DNA from: the human T2T-CHM13v2.0 reference genome, Homo sapiens
NCBI RefSeq assembly: GCF_009914755.1
Contig: NC_060925.1
DNA length: 64,000 nucleotides
Strand: one strand, 5' to 3'
The notes below the pieces were generated by a model. It saw only the letters and a list, made by a program, of their open reading frames with translations, was not told the origin of the DNA and did no database searches. Every line of letters starts with the position of its first letter. Position 1 is the first letter of the stretch. Made by a program: the position numbers and the translations under genes. This document shows, in pieces, positions 28,401 to 43,440 of this stretch.

Positions 28401-31400
28401 CTCAAATGGAATTATCCTCAAATGGAATCGAATGGAATTATCGAATGCAATCGAATGGAATTATCGAATGCAATCGAAGAGAATCATCGAATGGACTCGA
28501 ATGGAATCATCGAATGGAATGGAATGGAACAGTCAATGAACTCGAATGGAATCATCATTGAATGGAATCGAATGGAATCATCGAGTGGAATCGAATGGAA
28601 TTATGATCAAATGGAATCGAATGTAATCATCATCAAATGGAATCAAAAATAACCATCATCAATTGGTATTGAATGGAATTCTCATCAAATGGAATTCAAA
28701 GGAATCATCATCAAATGGAACCGAATGGAATCCTCATTGAATGGAAATGAAAGGGGTCATCATCTAATGGAATCGCATGGAATCATCATCAAATGGAATC
28801 GAATGGAATCAACATCAAATGGAATCTAATGGAATCATTGAACGGAATTGAATGGAATCGTCATCGAATGAATTGAATGCAATCATCGAATGGTCTCGAA
28901 TGGAATCATCTTCAAATGGAATGGAATGGAATCATCGCATAGAATCGAATGGAATTATCATCGAATGGAATCGAATGGAATCAACATCAAACGGAAAAAA
29001 ACGGAATTATCGAATGGAATCGAAGAGAATCTTCGAACGGACCCGAATGGAATCATCTAATGGAATGGAATGGAATAATCCATGGACTCGAATGCAATCA
29101 TCATCGAATGGAATCGAATGGAATCATCGAATGGACTCGAATGGAATAATCATTGAACGGAATCGAATGGAATCATCATCGGATGGAAACGAATGGAATC
29201 ATCATCGAATGGAAATGAAAGGAGTCATCATCTAATGGAATTGCATGGAATCATCATAAAATGGAATCGAATGGAATCAACATCAAATGGAATCAAATGG
29301 AATCATTGAACGGAATTGAATGGAATCGTCATCGAATGAATTGAATGCAATCATCGAATGGTCTCGAATGGAATCATCTTCAAATGGAATGGAATGGAAT
29401 CATCGCATAGAATCGAATGGAATTATCATCGAATGGAATCGAATGGAATCAACATCAAACGGAAAAAAACGGAATTATCGAATGGAATCGAAGAGAATCA
29501 TCGAATGGACCCGAATGGAATCATCTAATGGAATGGAATGGAATAATCCATGGACTCGAATGCAATCATCATCGAATGGAATCGAATGGAATCATCAAAT
29601 GGACTCGAATGGAATAATCATTGAACGGAATCGAATGGAATCATCATCGGATGGAAATGAAAGGAGTCATCATCTAATGGAATTGCATGGAATCATCATA
29701 AAATGGAATCGAATGGAATCAACATCAAATGGAATCAAATGGAATCATTGAACGGAATTGAATGGAATCGTCATCGAATGAATTGAAAGCAATCATCGAA
29801 TGGTCTCGAATGGAATCATCTTCAAATGGAATGGAATGGAATCATCGCATAGAATCGAATGGAATTATCATCGAATGGAATCGAATGGAATCAACATCAA
29901 ACGGAAAAAAACGGAATTATCGAATGGAATCGAAGAGAATCATCGAATGGACCCGAATGGAATCATCTAATGGAATGGAATGGAATAATCCATGGACTCG
30001 AATGCAATCATCATCGAATGGAATCGAATGGAATCATCGAATGGACTCGAATGGAATAATCATTGAACGGAATAGAATGGAATCATCATCGGATGGAAAT
30101 GAATGGAATCATCATCGAATGGAATCGAATAGAATTATGGAATGAAATCCAGTGTGATCATCATCGAATGGACCCGAATGGAATCATCATCCAACGGAAG
30201 CTAATGGAATCAACATCGAATGAATCAAATGGAAACACCATCGAATTGAAACGAATGGAATTACCATGAAATTGAAATGGATGGACTCATCATCGAATGG
30301 ATTCGAATGGAATCATCGAATAAAATTGATTGAAATCATCATCGAATGGAATCGAATGGTATCATTGAATGGAATCGAATGGAATCATCATCAGATGGAA
30401 ATGAATGGAATCGTCATAGAATGGAATCGAATGGATTAATTGAATGGAATCAGATGGAATCATCGAATGGACTGGAATGGAATCATTGAATGGACTCGAA
30501 AGGGATCATTATTGAATGGAATTGAATGGAATCATCGAATGGTCTCGATTGGAATCATTATCAAATGGAATCGAATGGAATCACCGAATAGAATCGAATG
30601 GAACAATCATCGAATGGACACAAATGGAATTATCCTCAAATGGAATCGAATGGAATTATCGAATGCAATCGAATGGAATTATCGAATGCAATCGAATAGA
30701 ATCATCGAATGGACTCGAATGGAATCATCGAATGGAATGGAATGGAACAGTCAATGAACTCGAATGGAATCATCATTGAATGGAATCGAATGGAATCATC
30801 GAGTGGAATCGAATGTAATCATCATCAAATGGAATCAAAAATAACCATCATCAAATGGAATCAAAAATAACCATCATCAATTGATATTGAATGGAATTCT
30901 CATCAAATGGAATTCAAAGGAATCATCATCAAATGGAACCGAATGGAATCCTCATTGAATGGAAATGAAAGGGGTTATCATCTAATGGAATCGCATGGAA
31001 TCATCATAAAATGGAATCGAATGGAATCAACATCAAATGGAATCAAATGGAATCATTGAACGGAATTGAATGGAATCGTCATCGAATGAATTGAATGCAA
31101 TCATCGAATGGTCTCGAATGGAATCATCTTCAAATGGAATGGAATGGAATCATCACATAGAATCGAATGGAATTATCATCGAATGGAATCGAATGGAATC
31201 AACATCAAACGGAAAAAAACGGAATTATCGAATGCAATCGAAGAGAATCATCGAATGGACCCGAATGGAATCATCTAATGGAATGGAATGGAATAATCCA
31301 TGGACTCGAATGCAATCATCATCGAATGGAATCGAATGGAATCATCGAATGGACTCGAATGGAATAATCATTGAACGGAATCGAATGGAATCATCATCGG

Positions 31401-34400
31401 ATGGAAACGAATGGAATCATCATCGAATGGAATCAAATAGAATTATGGAATGAAATCCACTGTGATCATCATCGAATGGACCCGAATGGAATCATCATCC
31501 AACGGAAGCTAATGGAATCAACATCGAATGAATCAAATGGAAACACCATCGAATTGAAACGAATGGAATTACCATGAAATTGAAATGGATGGACTCATCA
31601 TCAAATGGATTCGAATGGATTCATCAAATAAAATTGATTGAAATCATCATCGAATGGAATCGAATGGTATCATTGAATGGAATCGAATGGAATCATCATC
31701 AGATGGAAATGAATGGAATCGTTATAGAATGGAATCGAATGGATTCATTGAATGGAATCAGATGGAATCATTGAATGGACTGGAATGGAATCATTGAATG
31801 GACTCGAAAGGGATCACTATTGAATGGAATTGAATGGAATCATCGAATGGTCTCGATTGGAATCATTATCAAATGGAATCGAATGGAATCACCGAATAGA
31901 ATCGAATGGAACAATCATCGAATGGACTCAAATGGAATTATCCTCCAATGGAATCGAATGGAATTATCGAATGCAATCGAATGGAATTATCGAATGCAAT
32001 CGAATAGAATCATCGAATGGACTCGAATGGAATCATCGAATGGAATGGAATGGAACAGTCAATGAACTCGAATGGAATCATCATTGAATGGAATCGAATG
32101 GAATCATCGAGTGGAATCGAAAGGAATTATGACCAAATGGAATCGAATGTAATCATCATCAAATGGAATCAAAAATAACCATCATCAATTGGTATTGAAT
32201 GGAATTGTCATCAAATGGAATTCAAAGGAATCATCATCAAATGGAACCGAATGGAATCCTCATTGAATGGAAATGAAAGGGGTCATCATCTAATGGAATC
32301 GCATGGAATCATCATCAAATGGAATCGAATGGAATCATCATCAAATGGAATCAAATGGAATCATTGAACAGAATTGAATGGAACGGTCATCGAATGAGTT
32401 GAATGCAATCATCGAATGGTCTCGAATGGAATCATCTTCTAATGGAAAGGAATGGAATCATCGCATAGAATCGAATGGAATTATCATCGAATGGAATCGA
32501 ATGGTATCAACACCAAACGGAAAAAAACGGAATTATCGAATGGAATCGAAGAGAATCTTCGAACGGACCCGAATGGAATCATCTAATGGAATGGAATGGA
32601 ATAATCCATGGACTCGAATGCAATCATCATCGAATGGAATCGAATGGAATCATCGAATGGACTCGAATGGAATAATCATTGAACGGAATCGAATGGAATC
32701 ATCATCGGATGGAAACGAATGGAATCATCATCGAATGGAAATGAAAGGAGTCATCATCTAATGGAATTGCATGGAATCATTATAAAATGGAATCGAATGG
32801 AATCAACATCAAATGGAATCAAATGGAATCATTGAACGGAATTGAATGGAATCGTCATCGAATGAATTGAATGCAATCATCGAATGGTCTCGAATGGAAT
32901 CATCTTCAAATGGAATGGAATGGAATCATCGCATAGAATCGAATGGAATTATCATCGAATGGAATCGAATGGAATCAACATCAAACGGAAAAAAACGGAA
33001 TTATCGAATGGAATCGAAGAGAATCATCGAATGGACCCGAATGGAATCATCTAATGGAATGGAATGGAATAATCCATGGACTCGAATGCAATCATCATCG
33101 AATGGAATCGAATGGAATCATCGAATGGACTCGAATGGAATAATCATTGAACGGAATCGAATGGAATCATCATCGGATGGAAACGAATGGAATCATCATC
33201 GAATGGAAATGAAAGGAGTCATCATCTAATGGAATTGCATGGAATCATCATAAAATGGAATCGAATGGAATCATCATCAAATGGAATCAAATGGAATCAT
33301 TGAACGGAATTGAATGGAATCGTCATCGAATGAATTGAATGCAATCATCGAATGGTCTCGAATGGAATCATCTTCACATGGAATGGAATGGAATCATCGC
33401 ATAGAATCGAATGGAATTATCATCGAATGGAATCGAATGGTATCAACATCAAACGGAAAAAAACGGAATTATCGAATGGAATCAAAGAGAATCTTCGAAC
33501 GGACCCGAATGGAATCATCTAATGGAATGGAATGGAATAATCCATGGACTCGAATGCAATCATCATCGAATGGAATCGAATGGAATCATTGAAAGGACTC
33601 GAATGGAATAATCATTGAACGGAATCGAATGGAATCATCATCGGATGGAAATGAATGGAATCATCATCGAATGGAATCGAATAGAATTATGGAATGAAAT
33701 CCAGTGTGATCATCATCGAATGGACCCGAATGGAATCATCATCCAACGGAAGCTAATGGAATCAACATCCAATGAATCGAATGGAAACACCATCGAATTG
33801 AAACGAATGGAATTATCATGAAATTGAAATGGATGGACTCATCATCGAATGGATTCGAATGGAATCATCGAATAAAATTGATTGAAATCATCATCGAATG
33901 GAATCGAATGGTATCATTGAATGGAATCGAATGGAATCATCATCAGATGGAAATGAATGGAATCGTCATAGAATGGAATCGAATGGATTCATTGAATGGA
34001 ATCAGATGGAATCATCGAATGGACTGGAATGGAATCATTGAATGGACTCGAAAGGGATCATTATTGAATGGAATTGAATGGAATCATCGAATGGTCTCGA
34101 TTGGAATCATTATCAAATGGAATCGAATGGAATCACCGAATAGAATCGAATGGAACAATCATCGAATGGACTCAAATGGAATTATCCTCAAATAGAATCG
34201 AATGGAATTATCGAATGCAATCGAATGGAATTATCGAATGCAATCGAATAGAATCATCGAATGGACTCGAATGGAATCATCGAATGGAATGGAATGGAAC
34301 AGTCAATAAACTCGAATGGAATCATCATTGAATGGAATCGAATGGAATCATCGAGTGGAATCGAATGGAATTATGATCAAATGGAATCGAATGTAATCAT

Positions 34401-35592
34401 CATCAAATGGAATCAAAAATAACCATCATCAATTGGTATTGAATGGAATTGTCATCAAATGGAATTCAAAGGAATCATCATCAAATGGAACCGAATGGAA
34501 TCCTCATTGAATGGAAATGAAAGGGGTCATCATCTAATGGAATCGCATGGAATCATCATCAAACGGAATCGAATGGAATCATCATCAAATGGAATCGAAT
34601 GGAATCATTGAAAGAATTGAATGGAATCATCATCGAATGAATTGAATGCAATCATCGAATGGTCTCGAATGGAATCATCTTCTAATGGAAAGGAATGGAA
34701 TCATCGCATAGAATCGAATGGAATTATCATCGAATGGAATCGAATGGTATCAACACCAAACGGAAAAAAACGGAATTATCGAATGGAATCGAAGAGAATC
34801 TTCGAACGGACCCGAATGGAATCATCTAATGGAATGGAATGGAATAATCCATGGAGTCGAATGCAATCATCATCGAATGGAATCGAATGGAATCATCGAA
34901 TGGACTCGAATGGAATAATCATTGAACGGAATCGAATGGAATCATCATCGGATGGAAACGAATGGAATCATCATCGAATGGAAATGAAAGGAGTCATCAT
35001 CTAATGGAATTGCATGGAATCATCATCAAATGGAATCGAATGGAATCAACATCAAATGGAATCAAATGGAATCATTGAACGGAATTGAATGGAATCGTCA
35101 TCGAATGAATTGAATGCAATCATCGAATGGTCTCGAATGGAATCATCTTCAAATGGAATGGAATGGAATCATCGCATAGAATCGAATGGAATTATCATCG
35201 AATGGAATCGAATGGAATCAACATCAAACGGAAAAAAACGGAATTATCGAATGGAATCGAAGAGAATCATCGAATGGACCCGAATGGAATCATCTAATGG
35301 AATGGAATGGAATAATCCATGGACTCGAATGCAATCATCATCGAATGGAATCGAATGGAATCATCGAATGGACTCGAATGGAATAATCATTGAACGGAAT
35401 CGAATGGAATCATCATCGGATGGAAATGAATGGAATCATCATCGAATGGAATCGAATAGAATTATGGAATGAAATCCAGTGTGATCATCATCGAATGGAC
35501 CCGAATGGAATCATCATCCAACGGAAGCTAATGGAATCAACATCGAATGAATCAAATGGAAACACCATCGAATTGAAACCAATGGAATTACC
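16484..35592 (+). repeat. 7545-bp higher-order repeat (2244+1775+2218+1308), about 2.5 tandem copies
   Basis: Anchors at 16484, 18728, 20503, 22721 | 24029, 26273, 28048, 30266 | 31574, 33818, 35593. Rare variants recur at +7545, e.g. aaggaattatgacc at 17031/24576/32121, a 1-bp deletion near 19521/27066/34611, and a 442-bp subunit at 21775/29320. Confidence 0.93.
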
Positions 35593-38500
35593 ATGAAATT
35601 GAAATGGATGGACTCATCCTCAAATGGATTCGAGTGGAATCATCAAATAAAATTGATTGAAATCATCATCGAATGGAATCGAATGGTATCATTGAATGGA
35701 ATCGAATGGTATCATCATCAGATGGAAATGAAAGGAATCGTCATAGAATGGAATCGAATGGATTCATTGAATGGAATCAGATGGAATCATTGAATGGACT
35801 GGAATGGAATCATTGAATGGACTCGAAAGGGATCATTATTGAATGGAATTGAATGGAATCATCGAATGGTCTCGATTGGAATCATTATCAAATGGAATCG
35901 AATGGAATCACCAAATAGAATCGAATGGAACAATCATCGAATGGACTCAAATGGAATTATCCTCAAATGGAATTGAATGGAATTATCGAATGCAATCGAA
36001 TGGAATTATCGAATGCAATCGAATAGAATCATCGAATGGACTCGAATGGAATCATCGAATGGAATGGAATGGAACAGTCAATGAACTCGAATGGAATCAT
36101 CATTGAATGGAATCGAATGGAATCATCGAGTGGAATCGAATGTAATCATCATCAAATGGAATCAAAAATAACCATCATCAAATGGAATCAAAAATAACCA
36201 TCATCAATTGGTATTGAATGGAATTCTCATCAAATGGAATTCAAAGGAATCATCATCAAATGGAACCGAATGGAATCCTCATTGAATGGAAATGAAAGGG
36301 GTCATCATCTAATGGAATCGCATGGAATCATCATCAAATGGAATCGAATGGAATCAACATCAAATGGAATCAAATGGAATCATTGAACGGAATTGAATGG
36401 AATCGTCATCGAATGAATTGAATGCAATCATCGAATGGTCTCGAATGGAATCATCTTCAAATGGAATGGAATGGAATCATCGCATAGAATCGAATGGAAT
36501 TTTCATCGAATGGAATCGAATGGAATCAACATCAAACGGAAAAAAACGGAATTATCGAATGGAATCGAAGAGAATCACCGAATGGACCCGAATGGAATCA
36601 TCTAATGGAATGGAATGGAATAATCCATGGACTCGAATGCAATCATCATCGAATGGAATCGAATGGAATCATCGAATGGACTCGAATGGAATAATCATTG
36701 AACGGAATCGAATGGAATCATCATCGGATGGAAATGAATGGAATCATCATCGAATGGAATCGAATAGAATTATGGAATGAAATCCAGTGTGATCATCATC
36801 GAATGGACCCGAATGGAATCATCATCCAACGGAAGCTAATGGAATCAACATCGAATGAATCAAATGGAAACACCATCGAATTGAAACGAATGGAATTACC
36901 ATGAAATTGAAATGGATGGACTCATCCTCAAATGGATTCGAGTGGAATCATCGAATAAAATTGATTGAAATCATCATCGAATGGAATCGAATGGTATCAT
37001 TGAATGGAATCGAATGGAATCATCATCAGATGGAAATGAAAGGAATCGTCATAGAATGGAATCGAATGGATTCATTGAATGGAATCAGATGGAATCATTG
37101 AATGGACTGGAATGGAATCATTGAATGGACTCGAAAGGGATCATTATTGAATGGAATTGAATGGAATCATCGAATGGTCTCGATTGGAATCATTATCAAA
37201 TGGAATCGAATGGAATCACCGAATAGAATCGAATGGAACAATCATCGAATGGACTCAAATGGAATTATCCTCAAATGGAATTGAATGGAATTATCGAATG
37301 CAATCGAATGGAATTATCGAATGCAATCGAATAGAATCATCGAATGGACTCGAATGGAATCATCGAATGGAATGGAATGGAACAGTCAATGAACTCGAAT
37401 GGAATCATCATTGAATGGAATCGAATGGAATCATCGAGTGGAATCGAATGTAATCATCATCAAATGGAATCAAAAATAACCATCATCAAATGGAATCAAA
37501 AATAACCATCATCAATTGGTATTGAATGGAATTCTCATCAAATGGAATTCAAAGGAATCATCATCAAATGGAACCGAATGGAATCCTCATTGAATGGAAA
37601 TGAAAGGGGTCTTCATCTAATGGAATCGCATGGAATCATCATAAAATGGAATCGAATGGAATCAACATCAAATGGAATCAAATGGAATAATTGAACGGAA
37701 TTGAATGGAATCGTCATCGAATGAATTGAATGCAATCATCGAATGGTCTCGAATGGAATCATCTTCAAATGGAATGGAATGGAATCATCGCATAGAATCG
37801 AAAGGAATTATCATCGAATGGAATCGAATGGAATCAACAGCAAACGGAAAAAAACGGAATTATCGAATGGAATCGAAGAGAATCATCGAATGGACCCGAA
37901 TGGAATCATCTAATGGAATGGAATGGAATAATCCATGGACTCGAATGCAATCATCATCGAATGGAATCGAATGGAATCATCCAATGGACTCGAATGGAAT
38001 AATCATTGAACGGAATCGAATGGAATCATCATCGGATGGAAATGAATGGAATCATCATCGAATGGAATCGAATAGAATTATGGAATGAAATCCAGTGTGA
38101 TCATCATCGAATGGACCCGAATGGAATCATCATCCAACGGATGCTAATGGAATCAACATCGAATGAATCAAATGGAAACACCATCGAATTGAAACGAATG
38201 GAATTACCATGAAATTGAAATGGATGGACTCATCATCGAATGGATTCGAAAGGAATCATCGAATAAAATTGATTGAAATCATCATCGAATGGAATCGAAT
38301 GGTATCATTGAATGGAATCGAATGGAATCATCATCAGATGGAAATGAATGGAATCGTCATAGAATGGAATCGAATGGATTCATTGAATGGAATCAGATGG
38401 AATCATCGAATGGACTGGAATGGAATCATTGAATGGACTCGAAAGGGATCATTATTGAATGGAATTGAATGGAATCATCGAATGGTCTCGATTGGAATCA

Positions 38501-41500
38501 TTATAAAATGGAATCGAATGGAATCACCGAATAGAATCGAATGGAACAATCATCGAATGGACTCAAATGGAATTATCCTCAAATGGAATTGAATGGAATT
38601 ATCGAATGCAATCGAATGGAATTATCGAATGCAATCGAATAGAATCATCGAATGGACTCGAATGGAATCATCGAATGGAATGGAATGGAACAGTCAATGA
38701 ACTCGAATGGAATCATCATTGAATGGAATCGAATGGAATCATCGAGTGGAATCGAATGTAATCATCATCAAATGGAATCAAAAATAACCATCATCAAATG
38801 GAATCAAAAATAACCATCATCAATTGGTATTGAATGGAATTCTCATCAAATGGAATTCAAAGGAATCATCATCAAATGGAACCGAATGGAATCCTCATTG
38901 AATGGAAATGAAAGGGGTCATCATCTAATGGAATCGCATGGAATCATCATCAAATGGAATCGAATGGAATCAACATCAAATGGAATCAAATGGAATCATT
39001 GAACGGAATTGAATGGAATCGTCATTGAATGAATTGAATACAATCATCGAATGGTCTCGAATGGAATCATCTTCAAATGGAATGGAATGGAATCATCGCA
39101 TAGAATCGAATGGAATTTTCATCGAATGGAATCGAATGGAATCAACATCAAACGGAAAAAAACGGAATTATCGAATGGAATCGAAGATAATCACCGAATG
39201 GACCCGAATGGAATCATCTAATGGAATGGAATGGAATAATCCATGGACTCGAATGCAATCATCATCGAATGGAATCGAATGGAATCATCGAATGGACTCG
39301 AATGGAATAATCATTGAACGGAATCGAATGGAATCATCATCGGATGGAAATGAATGGAATCATCATCGAATGGAATCGAATAGAATTATGGAATGAAATC
39401 CAGTGTGATCATCATCGAATGGACCCGAATGGAATCATCATCCAACGGAAGCTAATGGAATCAACATCGAATGAATCAAATGGAAACACCATCGAATTGA
39501 AACCAATGGAATTACCATGAAATTGAAATGGATGGACTCATCCTCAAATGGATTCGAGTGGAATCATCGAATAAAATTGATTGAAATCATCATCGAATGG
39601 AATCGAATGGTATCATTGAATGGAATCGAATGGAATCATCATCAGATGGAAATGAAAGGAATCGTCATAGAATGGAATCGAATGGATTCATTGAATGGAA
39701 TCAGATGGAATCATTGAATGGACTGGAATGGAATCATTGAATGGACTCGAAAGGGATCATTATTGAATGGAATTGAATGGAATCATCGAATGGTCTCGAT
39801 TGGAATCATTATCAAATGGAATCGAATGGAATCACCAAATAGAATCGAATGGAACAATCATCGAATGGACTCAAATGGAATTATCCTCAAATGGAATTGA
39901 ATGGAATTATCGAATGCAATCGAATGGAATTATCGAATGCAATCGAATAGAATCATCGAATGGACTCGAATGGAATCATCGAATGGAATGGAATGGAACA
40001 GTCAATGAACTCGAATGGAATCATCATTGAATGGAATCGAATGGAATCATCGAGTGGAATCGAATGTAATCATCATCAAATGGAATCAAAAATAACCATC
40101 ATCAAATGGAATCAAAAATAACCATCATCAATTGGTATTGAATGGAATTCTCATCAAATGGAATTCAAAGGAATCATCATCAAATGGAACCGAATGGAAT
40201 CCTCATTGAATGGAAATGAAAGGGGTCATCATCTAATGGAATCGCATGGAATCATCATAAAATGGAATCGAATGGAATCAACATCAAATGGAATCAAATG
40301 GAATATTTGAACGGAATTGAATGGAATCGTCATCGAATGAATTGAATGCAATCATCGAATGGTCTCGAATGGAATCATCTTCAAATGGAATGCAATGGAA
40401 TCATCGCATAGAATCGAAAGGAATTATCATCGAATGGAATCGAATGGAATCAACACCAAACGGAAAAAAACGGAATTATCGAATGGAATCGAAGAGAATC
40501 ATCGAATGGACCCGAATGGAATCATCTAATGGAATGGAAAGGAATAATCCATGGACTCGAATGCAATCATCATCGAATGGAATCGAATGGAATCATCCAA
40601 TGGACTCGAATGGAATAATCATTGAACGGAATCGAATGGAATCATCATCGGATGGAAATGAATGGAATCATCATCGAATGGAATCGAATAGAATTATGGA
40701 ATGAAATCCAGTGTGATCATCATCGAATGGACCCGAATGGAATCATCATCCAACGGATGCTAATGGAATCAACATCGAATGAATCAAATGGAAACACCAT
40801 CGAATTGAAACGAATGGAATTACCATGAAATTGAAATGGATGGACTCATCATCGAATGGATTCGAAAGGAATCATCGAATAAAATTGATTGAAATCATCA
40901 TCGAATGGAATCGAATGGTATCATTGAATGGAATCGAATGGAATCATCATCAGATGGAAATGAATGGAATCGTCATAGAATGGAATCGAATGGATTCATT
41001 GAATGGAATCAGATGGAATCATTGAATGGACTGGAATGGAATCATTGAATGGACTCGAAAGGGATCATTATTGAATGGAATTGAATGGAATCATCGAATG
41101 GTCTCGATTGGAATCATTATCAAATGGAATCGAATGGAATCACCGAATAGAATCGAATGGAACAATCATCGAATGGACTCAAATGGAATTATCCTCAAAT
41201 GGAATTGAATGGAATTATCGAATGCAATCGAATGGAATTATCGAATGCAATCGAATAGAATCATCGAATGGACTCGAATGGAATCATCGAATGGAATGGA
41301 ATGGAACAGTCAATGAACTCGAATGGAATCATCATTGAATGGAATCGAATGGAATCATCGAGTGGAATCGAATGTAATCATCATCAAATGGAATCAAAAA
41401 TAACCATCATCAAATGGAATCAAAAATAACCATCATCAATTGGTATTGAATGGAATTCTCATCAAATGGAATTCAAAGGAATCATCATCAAATGGAACCG

Positions 41501-43440
41501 AATGGAATCCTCATTGAATGGAAATGAAAGGGGTCATCATCTAATGGAATCGCATGGAATCATCATCAAATGGAATCGAATGGAATCAACATCAAATGGA
41601 ATCAAATGGAATCATTGAACGGAATTGAATGGAATCGTCATCGAATGAATTGAATGCAATCATCGAATGGTCTCGAATGGAATCATCTTCAAATGGAATG
41701 GAATGGAATCATCGCATAGAATCGAATGGAATTTTCATCGAATGGAATCGAATGGAATCAACATCAAACGGAAAAAAACGGAATTATCGAATGGAATCGA
41801 AGAGAATCACCGAATGGACCCGAATGGAATCATCTAATGGAATGGAATGGAATAATCCATGGACTCGAATGCAATCATCATCGAATGGAATCGAATGGAA
41901 TCATCGAATGGACTCGAATGGAATAATCATTGAACGGAATCGAATGGAATCATCATCGGATGGAAATGAATGGAATCATCATCGAATGGAATCGAATAGA
42001 ATTATGGAATGAAATCCAGTGTGATCATCATCGAATGGACCCGAATGGAATCATCATCCAACGGAAGCTAATGGAATCAACATCGAATGAATCAAATGGA
42101 AACACCATCGAATTGAAACGAATGGAATTACCATGAAATTGAAATGGATGGACTCATCCTCAAATGGATTCGAGTGGAATCATCGAATAAAATTGATTGA
42201 AATCATCATCGAATGGAATCGAATGGTATCATTGAATGGAATCGAATGGAATCATCATCAGATGGAAATGAAAGGAATCGTCATAGAATGGAATCGAATG
42301 GATTCATTGAATGGAATCAGATGGAATCATTGAATGGACTGGAATGGAATCATTGAATGGACTCGAAAGGGATCATTATTGAATGGAATTGAATGGAATC
42401 ATCGAATGGTCTCGATTGGAATCATTATCAAATGGAATCGAATGGAATCACCGAATAGAATCGAATGGAACAATCATCGAATGGACTCAAATGGAATTAT
42501 CCTCAAATGGAATTGAATGGAATTATCGAATGCAATCGAATGGAATTATCGAATGCAATCGAATAGAATCATCGAATGGACTCGAATGGAATCATCGAAT
42601 GGAATGGAATGGAACAGTCAATGAACTCGAATGGAATCATCATTGAATGGAATCGAATGGAATCATCGAGTGGAATCGAATGTAATCATCATCAAATGGA
42701 ATCAAAAATAACCATCATCAAATGGAATCAAAAATAACCATCATCAATTGGTATTGAATGGAATTCTCATCAAATGGAATTCAAAGGAATCATCATCAAA
42801 TGGAACCGAATGGAATCCTCATTGAATGGAAATGAAAGGGGTCATCATCTAATGGAATCGCATGGAATCATCATAAAATGGAATCGAATGGAATCAACAT
42901 CAAATGGAATCAAATGGAATATTTGAACGGAATTGAATGGAATCGTCATCGAATGAATTGAATGCAATCATCGAATGGTCTCGAATGGAATCATCTTCAA
43001 ATGGAATGCAATGGAATCATCGCATAGAATCGAAAGGAATTATCATCGAATGGAATCGAATGGAATCAACACCAAACGGAAAAAAACGGAATTATCGAAT
43101 GGAATCGAAGAGAATCATCGAATGGACCCGAATGGAATCATCTAATGGAATGGAATGGAATAATCCATGGACTCGAATGCAATCATCATCGAATGGAATC
43201 GAATGGAATCATCCAATGGACTCGAATGGAATAATCATTGAACGGAATCGAATGGAATCATCATCGGATGGAAATGAATGGAATCATCATCGAATGGAAT
43301 CGAATAGAATTATGGAATGAAATCCAGTGTGATCATCATCGAATGGACCCGAATGGAATCATCATCCAACGGATGCTAATGGAATCAACATCGAATGAAT
43401 CAAATGGAAACACCATCGAATTGAAACGAATGGAATTACC
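35593..43440 (+). repeat. Second block of six 1308-bp units, mostly 2616-bp dimers
   Basis: Anchors at 35593, 36901, 38209, 39517, 40825, 42133 and 43441, with the same diagnostic variants as 1-5404. Confidence 0.93.
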
